A stretch of DNA of 64,000 nucleotides, taken from contig OY740812.1 of the NCBI GenBank assembly GCA_963514005.1, forward strand, positions 11,718,001 through 11,782,000, given 5' to 3'. The position numbers were made by a program, and so were the translations under genes. The DNA comes from Raja brachyura (Eukaryota). Positions 13,111-24,916 of this stretch are shown here, piece by piece (position 1 is the stretch's first letter; every line of letters begins with the position of its first letter). Below the pieces are notes generated by a model. It searched no databases, had not been told where the DNA came from, and saw only the letters and a list, made by a program, of their open reading frames with translations.

Positions 13111-13844
13111 AAAAGGAATGATGGTCCCTAAGATGGCCTAGGTCTGAGTTTGCACAGTTTTTGTTGATGAGCCCAGCTGTCCGAATGAAGTCAGCGTCAC
13201 TTGTTGCAATTTTGACCTGCAAGATCCAGTCTAACAGGTTTACTCGAGATCAATAGTTTCCGTATTAGCCTCAGAGAAAGGTTTTGCATTTCAAAACTGA
13301 GTGGATGTTTATCAGACAGGGTGCGGTTTTATTGGCTTCTTTGTTACTTGTGAACACTGTTAAAAGGAAGTTTGGGAGTTTAGGAGCTGCAGGGAAGTTA
13401 GTAAGGGGGAATGGAAAGCATCCACTGTTGTTGCATGCCATCGCGAAAGGCAGACCTCACTAACACACATTTTACTGTAAATCAATTTCTGATAAACGGA
13501 GGATGCAGAGGGAAATACTGAGATACCGAGCTGTATTTCACACTGGAGGACTTTCATTGAGCTACTTTTGAAGTGCGATTACTGTTGTAATGTCATAAAA
13601 GGTGTGGCCAGGTAGACTTCAATCTTTGTGTACAATCCCCATACTGACAGCATTACCAAATACATCAGCTCTCTGCAGCATCCTCCACCTGGTGATTTTG
13701 ACGTTTTGGCCTTATTTATATCCACTGTGTGAACTGAGGGGGCCAAAGAGGTAGATCAATACTCCCCCTCAGATTGAATACTGGAAATCCAATCGAAGCT
13801 TCCACTAGGGATATTGGTGGAAAGGGTATTAGGTATGAATTGTA

Positions 13845-14020
13845 GGTAGACAAAAATGCTGGAGAAACTCAGCGGGTGAGGCAACATCTACGGAGCGAAG
13901 GAATAGGTGACATTTCAAGTCGTCACCTATTCCTTCGCTCTATATATGCTGCCTCACCTGCTGAGTTTCTCCAGCATTTTTGTCTACCTTCGATTTTTCC
14001 AGCAGCTGCAGTTCCTTCTC
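13845..14020. repeat. Palindromic Penelope terminal-repeat derivative
   Basis: AGGTAGACAAAAATGCTGGAGAAACTCAGC ... GCTGAGTTTCTCCAGCATTTTTGTCTACCT inverted arms. Confidence 0.75.
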
Positions 14021-14287
14021 ATCTTATTCTCATCTTTGTCTTGAAAGGTCCAACCCTTATTTGGACTATGATTTCTTGTTGGAGATACCTGAGCAGGGGA
14101 AACATCATTCCTGCATCTGACCTGTATGTATGTTTACGTGTGATCAATGGTCTATATCATAGAGAGCATTGTCTTCATTGGATAATCTCGCTCCCTCCAT
14201 CCTTCCTTAAGTCTGGAGACAAGACTTGTCTATCATTTTCAAGACCACTCCAGTTGCTCCTACAGAGGTAACTCAAGACATAGTAAG

Positions 14288-14590
14288 ACGGTGGCGATGC
14301 GGTAGAGGTGCTGCCTTGCAGCGCCAGAGATCTGGGTTCAATCCTGACTATTGGTGCTGTCTGCATGGAGTTTGTATATTCTCAGTGACCTGCGTGGGTT
14401 TTCTTTGAGATCTTCTGTTTCCTCCCACACTCCAAAGAAATACAGGTTTGTAGGTTAATTGACTTGGTATAAATGTAAAATTGTCTGTAGTGTGTGTAGG
14501 TTAGTGTTAATGTGCAGTGATAGCTGGTCAGCATGGACTCAGTGGACCGAAGGGCCTGTTTCCACGCTGCATCTCTAAAACTAAAATAAA
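14288..14590 (+). mobile_element. tRNA-derived SINE (same family as 608-903)
   Basis: Degenerate A box, GGTTCAATCC B box, shared body, CTAAAACTAAAA tail. Confidence 0.8.
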
Positions 14591-15475
14591 GTTCTACAGG
14601 GCAGTTCCCTTTTATTATCCATTGCTCTGGCTGATGAAAGCCCAGAGCAGGATCTGTTCTAACATACGTTAAAAATGGTTTCAATTTGAATTTACAATCC
14701 TAATTTCCAATTTAAAAGGATGTGAATTTCTATAGCTGTTCATCTTGTTTAAAAGTTAGATACTGATTTTGGGACAGGTTTCCCAACTCTGAATTGTTCT
14801 GAAATGTCAAGAGATTGGGGATTAATCTCCTGGACATTACTGCAAGCAACCCAGAAAGAAAGTTCATTGTGTGATAGCATGTGTTTTTTTTCATGATTTA
14901 CATATATGTAAAATGTTGCAATTATGAAAATAGGAGGCACAATTTCAGATGATGCAACCCTGAATCCACCGTGGACTATATATTTTTAAAATTGAGTTCA
15001 TTTTATCAATTCATAAAGATTCATTTGCATCCGATCCCTGCTTCAGGTAACATACAGAGTTTAAAATATGTTTCAATAAGTTTTCATCCAGCATAAATTA
15101 ACTTCTACCAATGTTGTCTGGGATAGGTGCATCTCCAACATGAGAACTAGCTTACAGTATATCTCATGTTTATTTAAGACTTTGTTGCAGACCCAGCTAA
15201 CTGATACATCCTTCAGAGCTTTGCCAGTATGATCATTGGCGGTCCAAATCAGCCATTCTGCATGTTGGGCATTAGATTCCTCAGAGTACATTCTATTTCT
15301 GTTGTTATTTTCAGAGATGCCTCAAATTAAAGTGGATTGTACATGGCAATCAGTGGAAACTTCATAGGATCTGAAAGCTGAGACTTTCCAGTGCCTCGCC
15401 CTTTTGTGTGATCATCACTTGAGCAACAGGACACATCCAAGGATACACAACTTCCTCTTTCAGCATTTAGTATGG

Positions 15476-15976
15476 ATCACCATGTACAGTAGAGAGCATA
15501 TTGACTGGTTGCATCACGGCCTGGTTCGGCAACGTAATTGCCCAGGAGCGAAAAAGACTGCAAAAAGTTGTGAATACTTCCCAGTCCATCACCGGCTCTG
15601 ACCTCCCCACCAGCGAAGGGTTTTTTTCTGGAGTCGCTGCCTCAAAAAGGCAGCCAACATCATCAGAGACCCACACCACCCTGGTCGTACACTAATTTCA
15701 CTCCTCCCATCAGGAAGGAAATACAGGAGACTGAAAGCGGTAACACCCAGGTTCAGGCATAGCTTTTTCCCCTACAACCATCATGCTTTGAAACACTACA
15801 ACCTTAAATAAGCTCTGAACTACAATAAACTATTATTGTTATTAGTGTAATACTTTTTTCCTCTCTTTGTTATTATAATGTTTACAGTGTACTATGTTTT
15901 CATATTCTGTTCTGCTGCAGCAAGTAAGAATTTCATTTTTCTATCTGGGACATATGACAACAAAACACTCTTGACT
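15476..15976 (+). mobile_element. Rex1/Babar-like LINE 3' fragment
   Basis: ESILTGCITAWFGN...LQKVVNT is typical of the Rex1 RT C-terminal region; ends with the ACTCTTGACT tail. Confidence 0.75.
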
Positions 15977-16029
15977 CCCTTCACTTCCTGGTCTGCTCTT
16001 CCATTCCCACCTACTACCCCCCCCCCCCC

Positions 16030-16460
16030 CCCCTCTCTTTGGTAACTTTCCCTTGCAACACCTGTCCTATCACCTCTGCAACCAATGCAACACTTGTCCT
16101 ATCATCTCTTCCATTTCCACTACACAGGGGCCTAAACAGCCTTTCCAGGTGAAGCACCAATTCAGGTGCCCTTCTTCCAAACTAGTGAACTGCATTCAGT
16201 GTTCTCAATGTGCTCTCATCTACATTGGAGAAACCAAACACAGAATTGGGCAACCACTATGCAGAGACCTACATCTGAACCTCACCCATGTTATACCCTA
16301 TCAGAGACACCCCCCACCCCCCTCCCAGCAACTTAAAAAGCTTATTTTGTCTCCATCCCAGTTCTGATGATGAGTCTTCGACCTGAAACGTTAACCTTGT
16401 TTCATTTCGCACAGGTGTGGCCTCACCTGTTGAGCATTTCCAGCACTTACTGTTTTTATT
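16030..16460 (+). mobile_element. Penelope-like GIY-YIG fragment with hammerhead motif
   Basis: CNTCP...QGPKQPFQVKHQFRC.S.KLVNCIQCSQCALIYIGETKHRIG; CTGATGA...GAAACGTT at 16364-16392. Confidence 0.8.
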
Positions 16461-16471
16461 ATGGTAGTTTT

Positions 16472-16880
16472 AGACAATAGACAATAGACAATAGGTGCAG
16501 GAGTAGGCCATTCGGCCCTTCAAGCCAGCACCGCCATTCAATGTGATCATGGCTGATCATCCACAATCAGTACCCCGTTCCTGCCTTCTCCCCATATGCT
16601 AACTTTGATAAGACTCTGCTAACTTTAAGAGCCCTATCAAGCTCTCTCTTGAAAATATCCAGAGAACCGGCCTCCACCGGCCTCTGAGGCAGAGAATTCC
16701 ATAGACTCCCAACTCTCTGTGTGAAAAAGTGTTTCCTCATCTCCATTCTAAGTGCCTTACCTCTTATTCGTAAACTGTGGCCCCGGTTTCTGGACTCCCC
16801 CAACATCGGGAACATGTTTCCTGCCTCTCACAATCTTATATGTTTCAATAAGATCCCTTCTCATCCTTCTAAATTCCATC
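16472..16880 (-). mobile_element. CR1 3' fragment
   Basis: ORF 16567-16815 reads RGHSLRI...FFTQRV.SLWNSLP; (AGACAAT)n tail on the plus strand. Confidence 0.85.
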
Positions 16881-17929
16881 AGTGTACAAGAAATCTGGAA
16901 AACTTAATGAATTAAATTTCCCAGTTGCCGTGGAGGATATGAGCTCATATCCTTGGACAGTCAGTCTTATCTCTGGATTACTGTTCTGGTAATTTAAACG
17001 CCAGTCCACCATTTCTCTATTTCTGTCTTGTTGTTGCCCTCTCTGTGAGTTTAGAATGTGCATTGTCTGGTATGTTTCCATTACACGCTGACCACACTTT
17101 TGAACAAAGACTCAATAGCCAACTCCATAGATGTGGTTAGTTTGAAATAATAAAATAAAATTCTCAAAATAAGTCAGGCTGACACTAATGGAGAGATAAA
17201 CAGAAATAGTATTGCAGGTCAATGACCTTTCAATAGACTTCTATGGGAGGTCATTGACCTGAAATATTAACTCTGATTTTCTATATAGGCACTTCACTGT
17301 AAATTTTAGAACCTCCTACGTTAATAAGATTGTTCCTTTTTTCCAATTCCACTCTGAAGACTTGAATACTTGAAGTATGCTGTCTGTAAAATGGAACTGA
17401 GTAACACACTCGTCAAGTATTGGCGTATTGGATGAGACTGTAGACTGTGAGGTCTTTCATCCTTGTCAGATATGTAGAAGAGACCATAACTTAAAGAATA
17501 GTTCTCCACAGTGTTCTGCACAATAATTGCCAGTCATAGTGAACAATTAAACAGCCCACCAAGGGTGGAGATTCCAAGACCATGCCCATCTCGATGATAC
17601 ATTCACGCCAAAGACATGGAACTTGCAATTATCTTCCATCAGAAATGTCAATTGATGATTCATCTCTTTTGATTTGCCTTTTCAAGGGATGAGGACATCA
17701 CAGGCAAGGGAAACAACTTTTTTAGTTTCAGATTTGGTTGAATATAAATTCCTGAGCTGCCATGTGAGTCTCAAACAGATGCCTCAAATTGTGTGGTCTG
17801 AGTGTCTGCTTGGTTTCGAATAACTTGGAAGTTACATCACCATACTCATCGCAGCATATCTTGCAGTCCTCACCAACATGGACACCTGTCCTTGATTAGT
17901 TTGATTCATTCCATATCACATACAGAAAA

Positions 17930-18200
17930 AGATGAGGAACTGGATATGGCAAGGGTTATGGGACCAGACAAAGTCTTGGCTATAATCCTGAAGACATCAG
18001 CTCCAAACTCAGTCACAATTCCAGCTAAGCTGTGCCAACACAGCTGTGACATTGGCATCTACCCAACAATGTACAAACTTCTTCAATAATGTCCTGTGAA
18101 CAAATCCAATCTGTCTAATTACTGCCCAGTCTGCTCCCAATCATCGGCAAAGTGATGGGAAGTATCATTGACAGCGTCATTAAGCAGCACTTACAATAAT
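17930..18200 (+). mobile_element. Old CR1/L2-like RT fragment
   Basis: GPDKVLAIILKTSAP...PAKLCQHS resembles the GPD.IP..VLK.CA.EL..PL..LF RT region. Confidence 0.5.
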
Positions 18201-19200
18201 TCTTCAATTTACAAACATACAGTTTACAAATGTTGTTATAATGTTAGTGACTTTCAAGGGTATGTGCCTTCAATTTACACAGCCATTTTTATCACTATCT
18301 CTCTACACACTGGAACCTATCACCTTTTTCACATCCATTCCATCATTGGACTTTAGTGTTTTTTGTATTACTTCGAATTGCACTACAATCTTTGCACCAT
18401 TTTTGCTGCTTTGCATTCATTGTTGGGTTTTTTTTTGTCTTTATCATTGCCATGTATGTTGTTTACTCTATCAGCATCATGCAAGGAAGAAATGTCATTG
18501 CACCCTGTTGTATATGACAATAAACTCATCTGAATCTGAATACCTTGTATCAAAATTCTCATAATGTGCTTCTTCCACTGTTTTTGATTTATAAAATGTC
18601 ATTAATTAATGCATCTGGTGTATTCATCAAAACCTGTCCACTAATGTTCAGCTAGATTTTACCTGGACCACTTGGCTTGAGTCTTCTTTATACCATTGAT
18701 CCTAACTTATGCCAAAGCAGTAAACTTCAGAGAGAAAGCAGGCAGATGCCTCTAACGACAAAGTAAAATTTAACCTAGTGCAAGATCAGGAGCCATAACA
18801 AAACTCTATTTAATAAGCATCAATAGGCAACTTCATTACTCAGAATCACGTCTTGCGTACATCTGGAGCATCACTGGGCAGCATCTTAGGATTGACCATC
18901 TTTGTGTGGACAAGATGACAAAGAGTTATCCTTTCTCTGGTTATCACCAGCTGCCTTATATCAGATGGATCAAAAGTTGTTGCAATCAGTACATGGGTGC
19001 CTCAGTGTTAGAGAAACAAATATCCAATTCGTTAACTATCGTCTCCAGGTGCAAAACTTCACAAATACTTTGGCACCCCACAAACAAGACTGAAGGGAAC
19101 TAAAATCATCTAATTTTAGTGGTGTTCCTTTCCTTCAGTGGGTAAGGTTCCAGTTCCTGGACGATGCTAATGTGATAAATCTTCATTTGAAAATGCCCCT

Positions 19201-19827
19201 GTTTAAAATAAAAATGACACCAAAGCCAGAATGGATTATTTTCGGAATGACAGAAGGTAGTTCGGAATTAAATGTGTATCAAAAGAATTTATTTGATTAC
19301 GGCTTACTAATAAGAAAAAAACTAATCTTAAAATTTTGGAAAAATGCTCCTATACCAACATTAAATATGTGGATTTCAACTATGTTTGAAACACTACATC
19401 TGGAAGATATGAGACTCCGCCTGGAACGAAAATCAGAACGCTTCTATCAGACGTGGTCTGCATTTATAGAATTACTACAAAGATAGGGTGCAGGAGTACC
19501 TCGGGCCTTGGTGGGGGGGATGAAAAACTATCGAGTTGGTGGATTCCTTTTGCGTGATATATATAACATAACAACTGGCTTTTTTTCTTTTTCCTTTTCT
19601 TTTTTTAGGGTCTATCTTTTAACCCTCTTTTCTAATTCTTTGACCAAGGGTTTCTTCTCCCCTTTGGCACGCTCTTTCACTATCACAACTCTTTTCACAT
19701 TTCACTCTCTTTCTCTCTATTCTTTTTCTTTTAAAGCCATAAAATTATGGGGTACAATGATTGTAACAGTATATATGTGTACATTGATGTATTTACCTCT
19801 AATAAATAAAATTTAAGAAAAAAAAAA
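19201..19827 (+). mobile_element. 5'-truncated L1 (ORF2 C-terminus, 3' UTR, polyA)
   Basis: KKLILKFWK..PIPTL.MW...ETLHLE is homologous to the ORF2 end near 9400-9600. AATAAA and A-tail present. TSD GAAAATGCCCCT (19189-19200) / GAAAATGTCCCT (19828-19839). Confidence 0.85.
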
Positions 19828-20029
19828 GAAAATGTCCCTATTCACTGGTTGGTTGTGAGTTGTTTTTTGTGACTAAATGTTTATGGTCCATTGTTCTTGC
19901 CTACAGTATATACTTGTACACTATCTAACGCTCAAGAGCTAGGGGAATGCATTCTTCTGCTGCTATATGAAACTTTCACCTGCGTTGACCTCTTCCAACA
20001 GGAAGGTAAGTCAGTAAAGAATAGTTCCG

Positions 20030-20292
20030 TTTTAGTTGTAGAGCAACAGCATAGAAACAGGTCCATCGGCCTGCCATGTCCATGCTGACAAGCAATCACC
20101 GTATACTAGTTCTATCCTACACATTAAGACCAATTACCTACAAACATGCATATGTTTGGAATTTGGGAGGAAACCGGAGTATCCGGGGAAAATTCACGCG
20201 GCCACAGGGCGAACATACAAACTCCAAACTGACAGCACCCTCGGTCGGGATTGAACCTGGGCCTTTGGTGCTGTAAGGCAGCAACTCTACTA
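20030..20292 (-). mobile_element. tRNA-derived SINE
   Basis: Same head, body and tail as the other copies, in reverse orientation. Confidence 0.7.
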
Positions 20293-21240
20293 CAAGTCTG
20301 TCAATTTTTACTTCTCAACAGCAGAGACCACTTCCCCGTTCACCAGAGTTCACGATAAAAGATCCAGCTGATTAAAATCATGGGCATTGCACTCTAAATG
20401 ATCTGTTTTCATTTGTTCGCTCTATGCCAGGAGACAAAGAACAGCATTGGAGCAATGAATGCTTGTATCTCACTCTCATTCTTGTTTTCAATTTTTTCCA
20501 TGGCTTCACCCATCCCTATTTCCTTAATCCTCTCCAGCCAGATAACCCTACCAGATATTTGCTCTGACTCTTAGCGCATTCCCTATTTCAATGACTTCAC
20601 CTGTGGTGCAGGTTGCTGTTATATTCATTCGGGCTAGTCCTTCAGCTGTCAAGCCCAAAGCTATAGAGTTGCCTTTAATCCTCTCTCCTCTTTATCTTTT
20701 CACCCCCCTCAGGTACTCTTTATAATCCACAAACCTTTTGCTCTAATATCTTTTATGGCCTGGTTTGTGTTTGTTTGGTGACACCCCATGAAACCTTTGA
20801 AATTCTATCTTTATTGATTAAAGCTTCATTTCGTTCTCCTGGCTAGACTACTGTACCAAAATCCACAATTCACGTTACAGCAGGTTGCTTTTATATTCAA
20901 CTGAGAAAGTTGTAAAGTCTTTGTTCTGTTCAACTAGTAGCAATTTTGAAAGATCTCGACTGCTTCTTAACTCTTTCTTTCAATTTCTTCTCATAACCAA
21001 AGTTCCTCTTCCTTGTTAATTTCCCAATAAACATACATTTCTAAGGCCTTTGCATCCTTGTTGTGGTGTGAGACCCATAAATGTCAACTCGGTGGCAAAT
21101 AAGATGCCAAAGTAACCAAGAGTATGGTTCAGCCTCAGACAGTTGCCTGAGAGCGGGTGGGTAAGTGATTGTTCAGACATTTCTGGGAACTCTAATGCTT
21201 ATAGAATGTAAAGGACTTAAATTCAGTAATTATTGTCAAC

Positions 21241-21680
21241 CCCTTAATGAGATGATTAGTAACATGGGTAATGTTAGGTCAGGTCGGGGGGGAGTTCCCC
21301 CTGCCATGGGTACCATGTAATCCCGTGCTACCTGCTCCATGGTCGGATAGTCGGCGACTAAACCGTCTCCCCCCACCTGGTTTGCCAGGTGAGGAGGGGG
21401 CTGTGGACCTCCAGCAGGATCAAAAACAAGACCTGTCAAAGGGCGGGTAAGCTTCTAGCGAGCCAACGGCCATCCACACTTCAGTAGAAGTTGCGATCAC
21501 TGTCGTACATAGCATTGTAAGGAATGATGACAAATCACACTCACCAAAATCCTATACTTCCAGCGGCGGAAGTCTGCAGGAACTGGAGGACAGAGATGTG
21601 TGGTGCGTCCGTCACCGTTCCCGTCGGAAACTAGCACCACTGCGTTGCTAATGTTTTCAACGATGATAAATGAATGAATA
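21241..21680 (+). mobile_element. Non-autonomous RTE-like retroelement (structured 5' part plus short 3' end)
   Basis: Second copy starts at ~63890. Hairpin CACCTGG-TTTG-CCAGGTG, CAGCGGCGGAA motif, TGAATGAAT tail, no ORF. Confidence 0.55.
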
Positions 21681-22089
21681 TTATATACATGGAAAATGCA
21701 TAAAGTTCATGTCTGATTTTTTTTGTAAACTGGCTACTGCATTTCCTTGTTTCTCTTTATAGGAACAATGCAGAAATTAGGAATATTTATTTTATTTTTG
21801 TATTAATTCATGAGATATGTTTATTGCTGACTGACTAGTATGAGATGGTGCACAAAATGCTGGAGAAACTCAGCGGGTGCAGCAGCATCTATGGAGCGAA
21901 GGAGACAGGCAACGTTTCGGGCCGAAACCCTTCTTCAGACTGATGGGATAGTTATCTCAAATTGTGTTTCAGATAATTGTGGCAAGCCTCCTTCTGAAAG
22001 CAAAGCAGCACTTCCTTGAATCTCGTGCTGTTATGATGTAACTTCCAGGATTTTGACTCGGGAGGTGAATGTGCAGTTCATTGTGAACT

Positions 22090-22256
22090 CAAAGTGAGTT
22101 AGATAATGCTCTTAGGGCTACGGAATCAAGGGATATGGGGAGAAAGCAGGAACGGGGCACTGATTTTGGATGGTCAGCCATGATTATATTGAATGTCGGT
22201 GCTGGCTCGAAGGGCCAAATGGCCGACTCCTGCACCTATTTTCTATGTTACTATGA
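22090..22256 (+). mobile_element. CR1 3' end
   Basis: GYGEKAG coding end, conserved 3' UTR and TCTATG tail. Confidence 0.8.
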
Positions 22257-24392
22257 TTCCTGTGCACTCTAAATGCAATGACTCATAGGTGGGGAGGAGC
22301 TGTTGAAGAAGCCTGTTGAGTTGAATTTTACAGATTAGACCTTGCAACTGTACTATATGGCAGGAATATTTAGGATGTTGAATGGATACCTGTCAGGTGC
22401 TTGGCCTTAGTCTGAATGACTGTAAATTTATTGAGTATTGTTTGACCTCTGTGTATCAGGCATTTGGTGATAAAAGCATGTTACGGCTTAGTCAGACCTT
22501 GGAACGGATGGGGAAGACTTGGAGAATAAGAATTTGAGGCAATTGCCTTTGATGTACAATTGTGGCTGTTTTTTTGCAGTTTCTGATGAAAAATGGAACC
22601 CCTGGATGATGATGATGGAAGATTTAGCATTGGAAATACTCCAAAATATAAAGGAAGATGGCTAGGCTCTCTGCTGTTGGAATTGGCCACTGTCTCGTAC
22701 ATGTAGCGCATGGAAGATATTTTCCAAGGATCAACCCTTGCCTGTACATGCATATTTTCTTGCATGCAGCTATTATTTGTGTCTTTATCTGAGCATTGTC
22801 AGGTTAGGCATAGTAAATGACTTATTCTCATGGAATTGCCAAGCAATGCATTCTACCCCAATGCACATGGAGTGTATTCCCAGAGTAAACCAAAACACAG
22901 AAATTGCAAGTGGTCTGGAGAGTTCTGGTCTTATTTTCAGTTCCCACACTGGACTCAGATGCCAAATGCAGAGGGGACTCCAGGCTGCTACCCATGTGTG
23001 GCATGGTACCTGAAATACACAGGGCACCAGATGAAGGCGTGTTGTGACCTAGTCCAGGGATCTAGGATCAACCATGAGGATCTCAAAATGCTTGATAACC
23101 AGATGAACATTGAGTAAATGAAACATCTTATTTTTGCATACATTTCAGGTTGGAAATGGAGCCATCAAGGGAATATAGGTGCTGCCAACCAGAATGTGGT
23201 ACTGGGATGCCCACAGTGCCATTGATCCCTTGTCTTTTATCCAAATATAAATTGATCTCTCCTGGAGTTGAGAGCCTCCATGTTCAGTGCACTGGTGTGT
23301 CCAATATAGCTCACATTGCTGATATCCCCAGGGTTAGCCTGGAAAGAAGCCAAGGAAAATAAAATGAGAACTGCGATCACCTTCACGGTCAGAGGTAAAG
23401 CAATCTGTGCAAAATCAGCAGCTGCAGTTGGGACTGCAACATGCAGCATATTCCGTAACCTTCCTTACCGAACTGGAGTCACCATATGCAACTCTCCAAT
23501 TCAGGTGCACTAGCGGAAAAGAAAATAATTCAACCCTGGAGACACAATGCGGGTAAGGCTCTTGCTCAGAATCTTTTATTTTTCGCCTCCTCCCTACTCC
23601 AGCAGGTTGTTCTGGCTTGTGAACCCTCTTTTCATCCCTGCCACGGTGGAGGCCCAAGACTTGTCATCAGTGCACAGATTTGTGACAGAAAGTGAATTTG
23701 ACGAACTGCAGTACTTAAGTATAAAACCTCTCAACTGGATTCAGATTCAATTTTATTCAATTTTTTAATTGTCATTGTCAGTGTACAGTACAGAGACAAC
23801 GAAATGCATTTGACAACGAAATGCATTTTCTGGAAACTGGAGACACAGCATTCACAGAAGGATTAGGAATGATATCTCTTTAGGCAAATATAGTGCAATT
23901 CTCCCTGACAAATTTCATTCCCATCAACAAACCTGCCAATCGTTGAGTATGCCTTCATATTGTATAGGTTAGAGAGTGCATTCAGGAAGAGATTCTTCCA
24001 GTTGCTGAAACTGCAATTCCCACATGTGCTGGCTGGGTCATCATTGCATCCCTTGGCAGCATTGACAACAAACACTGCATGATGATAAGCACTACCAGTG
24101 GCATACATTTCATACTTCAGAACTAAAGCACGGCCCAATTTACCAGACATCATGAGTTGCATTAAAAGTGTGAGTTTGCTATTTACTGTATAAACAGAAA
24201 AGGAAATAGATTGGCACCAGCAGTGTCAAAACAGATAGTGCTACAAGACCTAAAGCTGTTGCCTACTTCTTCTTACAAACCTATGTTATTATTATTTCCA
24301 ATGGTGTGCTTCCTTGTCTATATTTGTAAAGTTTATTTATGTCTTATGAGATTTTTGTGTTTATTGACTCAGGATATAAAGGGTAATTGTTA

Positions 24393-24916
24393 TTTTAGTT
24401 TAGAAATACAACGCGGAAACAGCCATTTTGACCCACCGTGTAGGAAACAAGTGCAGATGCTGGTTTAAATCGAAGGTAGACACAAAATGCTGGTGTAACT
24501 CAGTGCGACAGGCAACATCTCTGGAGAGAAGGAATGGGTGACGTTTCGGGTCAAGACCGTTCTTCAGAGTTCAGACTGAAGAAGCATCTCGGCCCGAAAT
24601 GTCACCCATTCCTTCTCTCCAAAGATGCTGCCTGTCCCACTGAGATACTCCTGCGTTTTGACCCACCGAGTCCGCGCCGACCAGCGATCCCCGTATACTA
24701 TCCTACACACTAGGGACAATTTACAATTTTTAAGTGAATCCAATTAACCTACAAACCTGTACGTCTTTGGAGTGTGGGAGGAAACCGGAGCACCCGGAGA
24801 AAACCCACACAGTCACAGGGAGAATGTACAAACTCCGTACAGACAGCACTGTGGTCAGGATCGAACCCTTGGTCTCGAGCGCTGTAAGGCAGCAACTCTG
24901 CCGCTGAGCCACCGTG
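24393..24916 (-). mobile_element. tRNA-derived SINE interrupted by a palindromic Penelope-repeat insertion (24439-24655)
   Basis: SINE tail lies left and body/head right of the insert; TTTTGACCCACCG is duplicated at 24426-24438 and 24656-24668. Confidence 0.8.

Noticed and set aside
22830-24200. Possible decayed Harbinger transposase or host exons (MPNAEG..GC-THV; LGSIDNKH; YATGS)
   Set aside because: The motif-like fragments are short, on conflicting strands and frames, and lack consistent order or splice sites; cannot be supported without a profile search.
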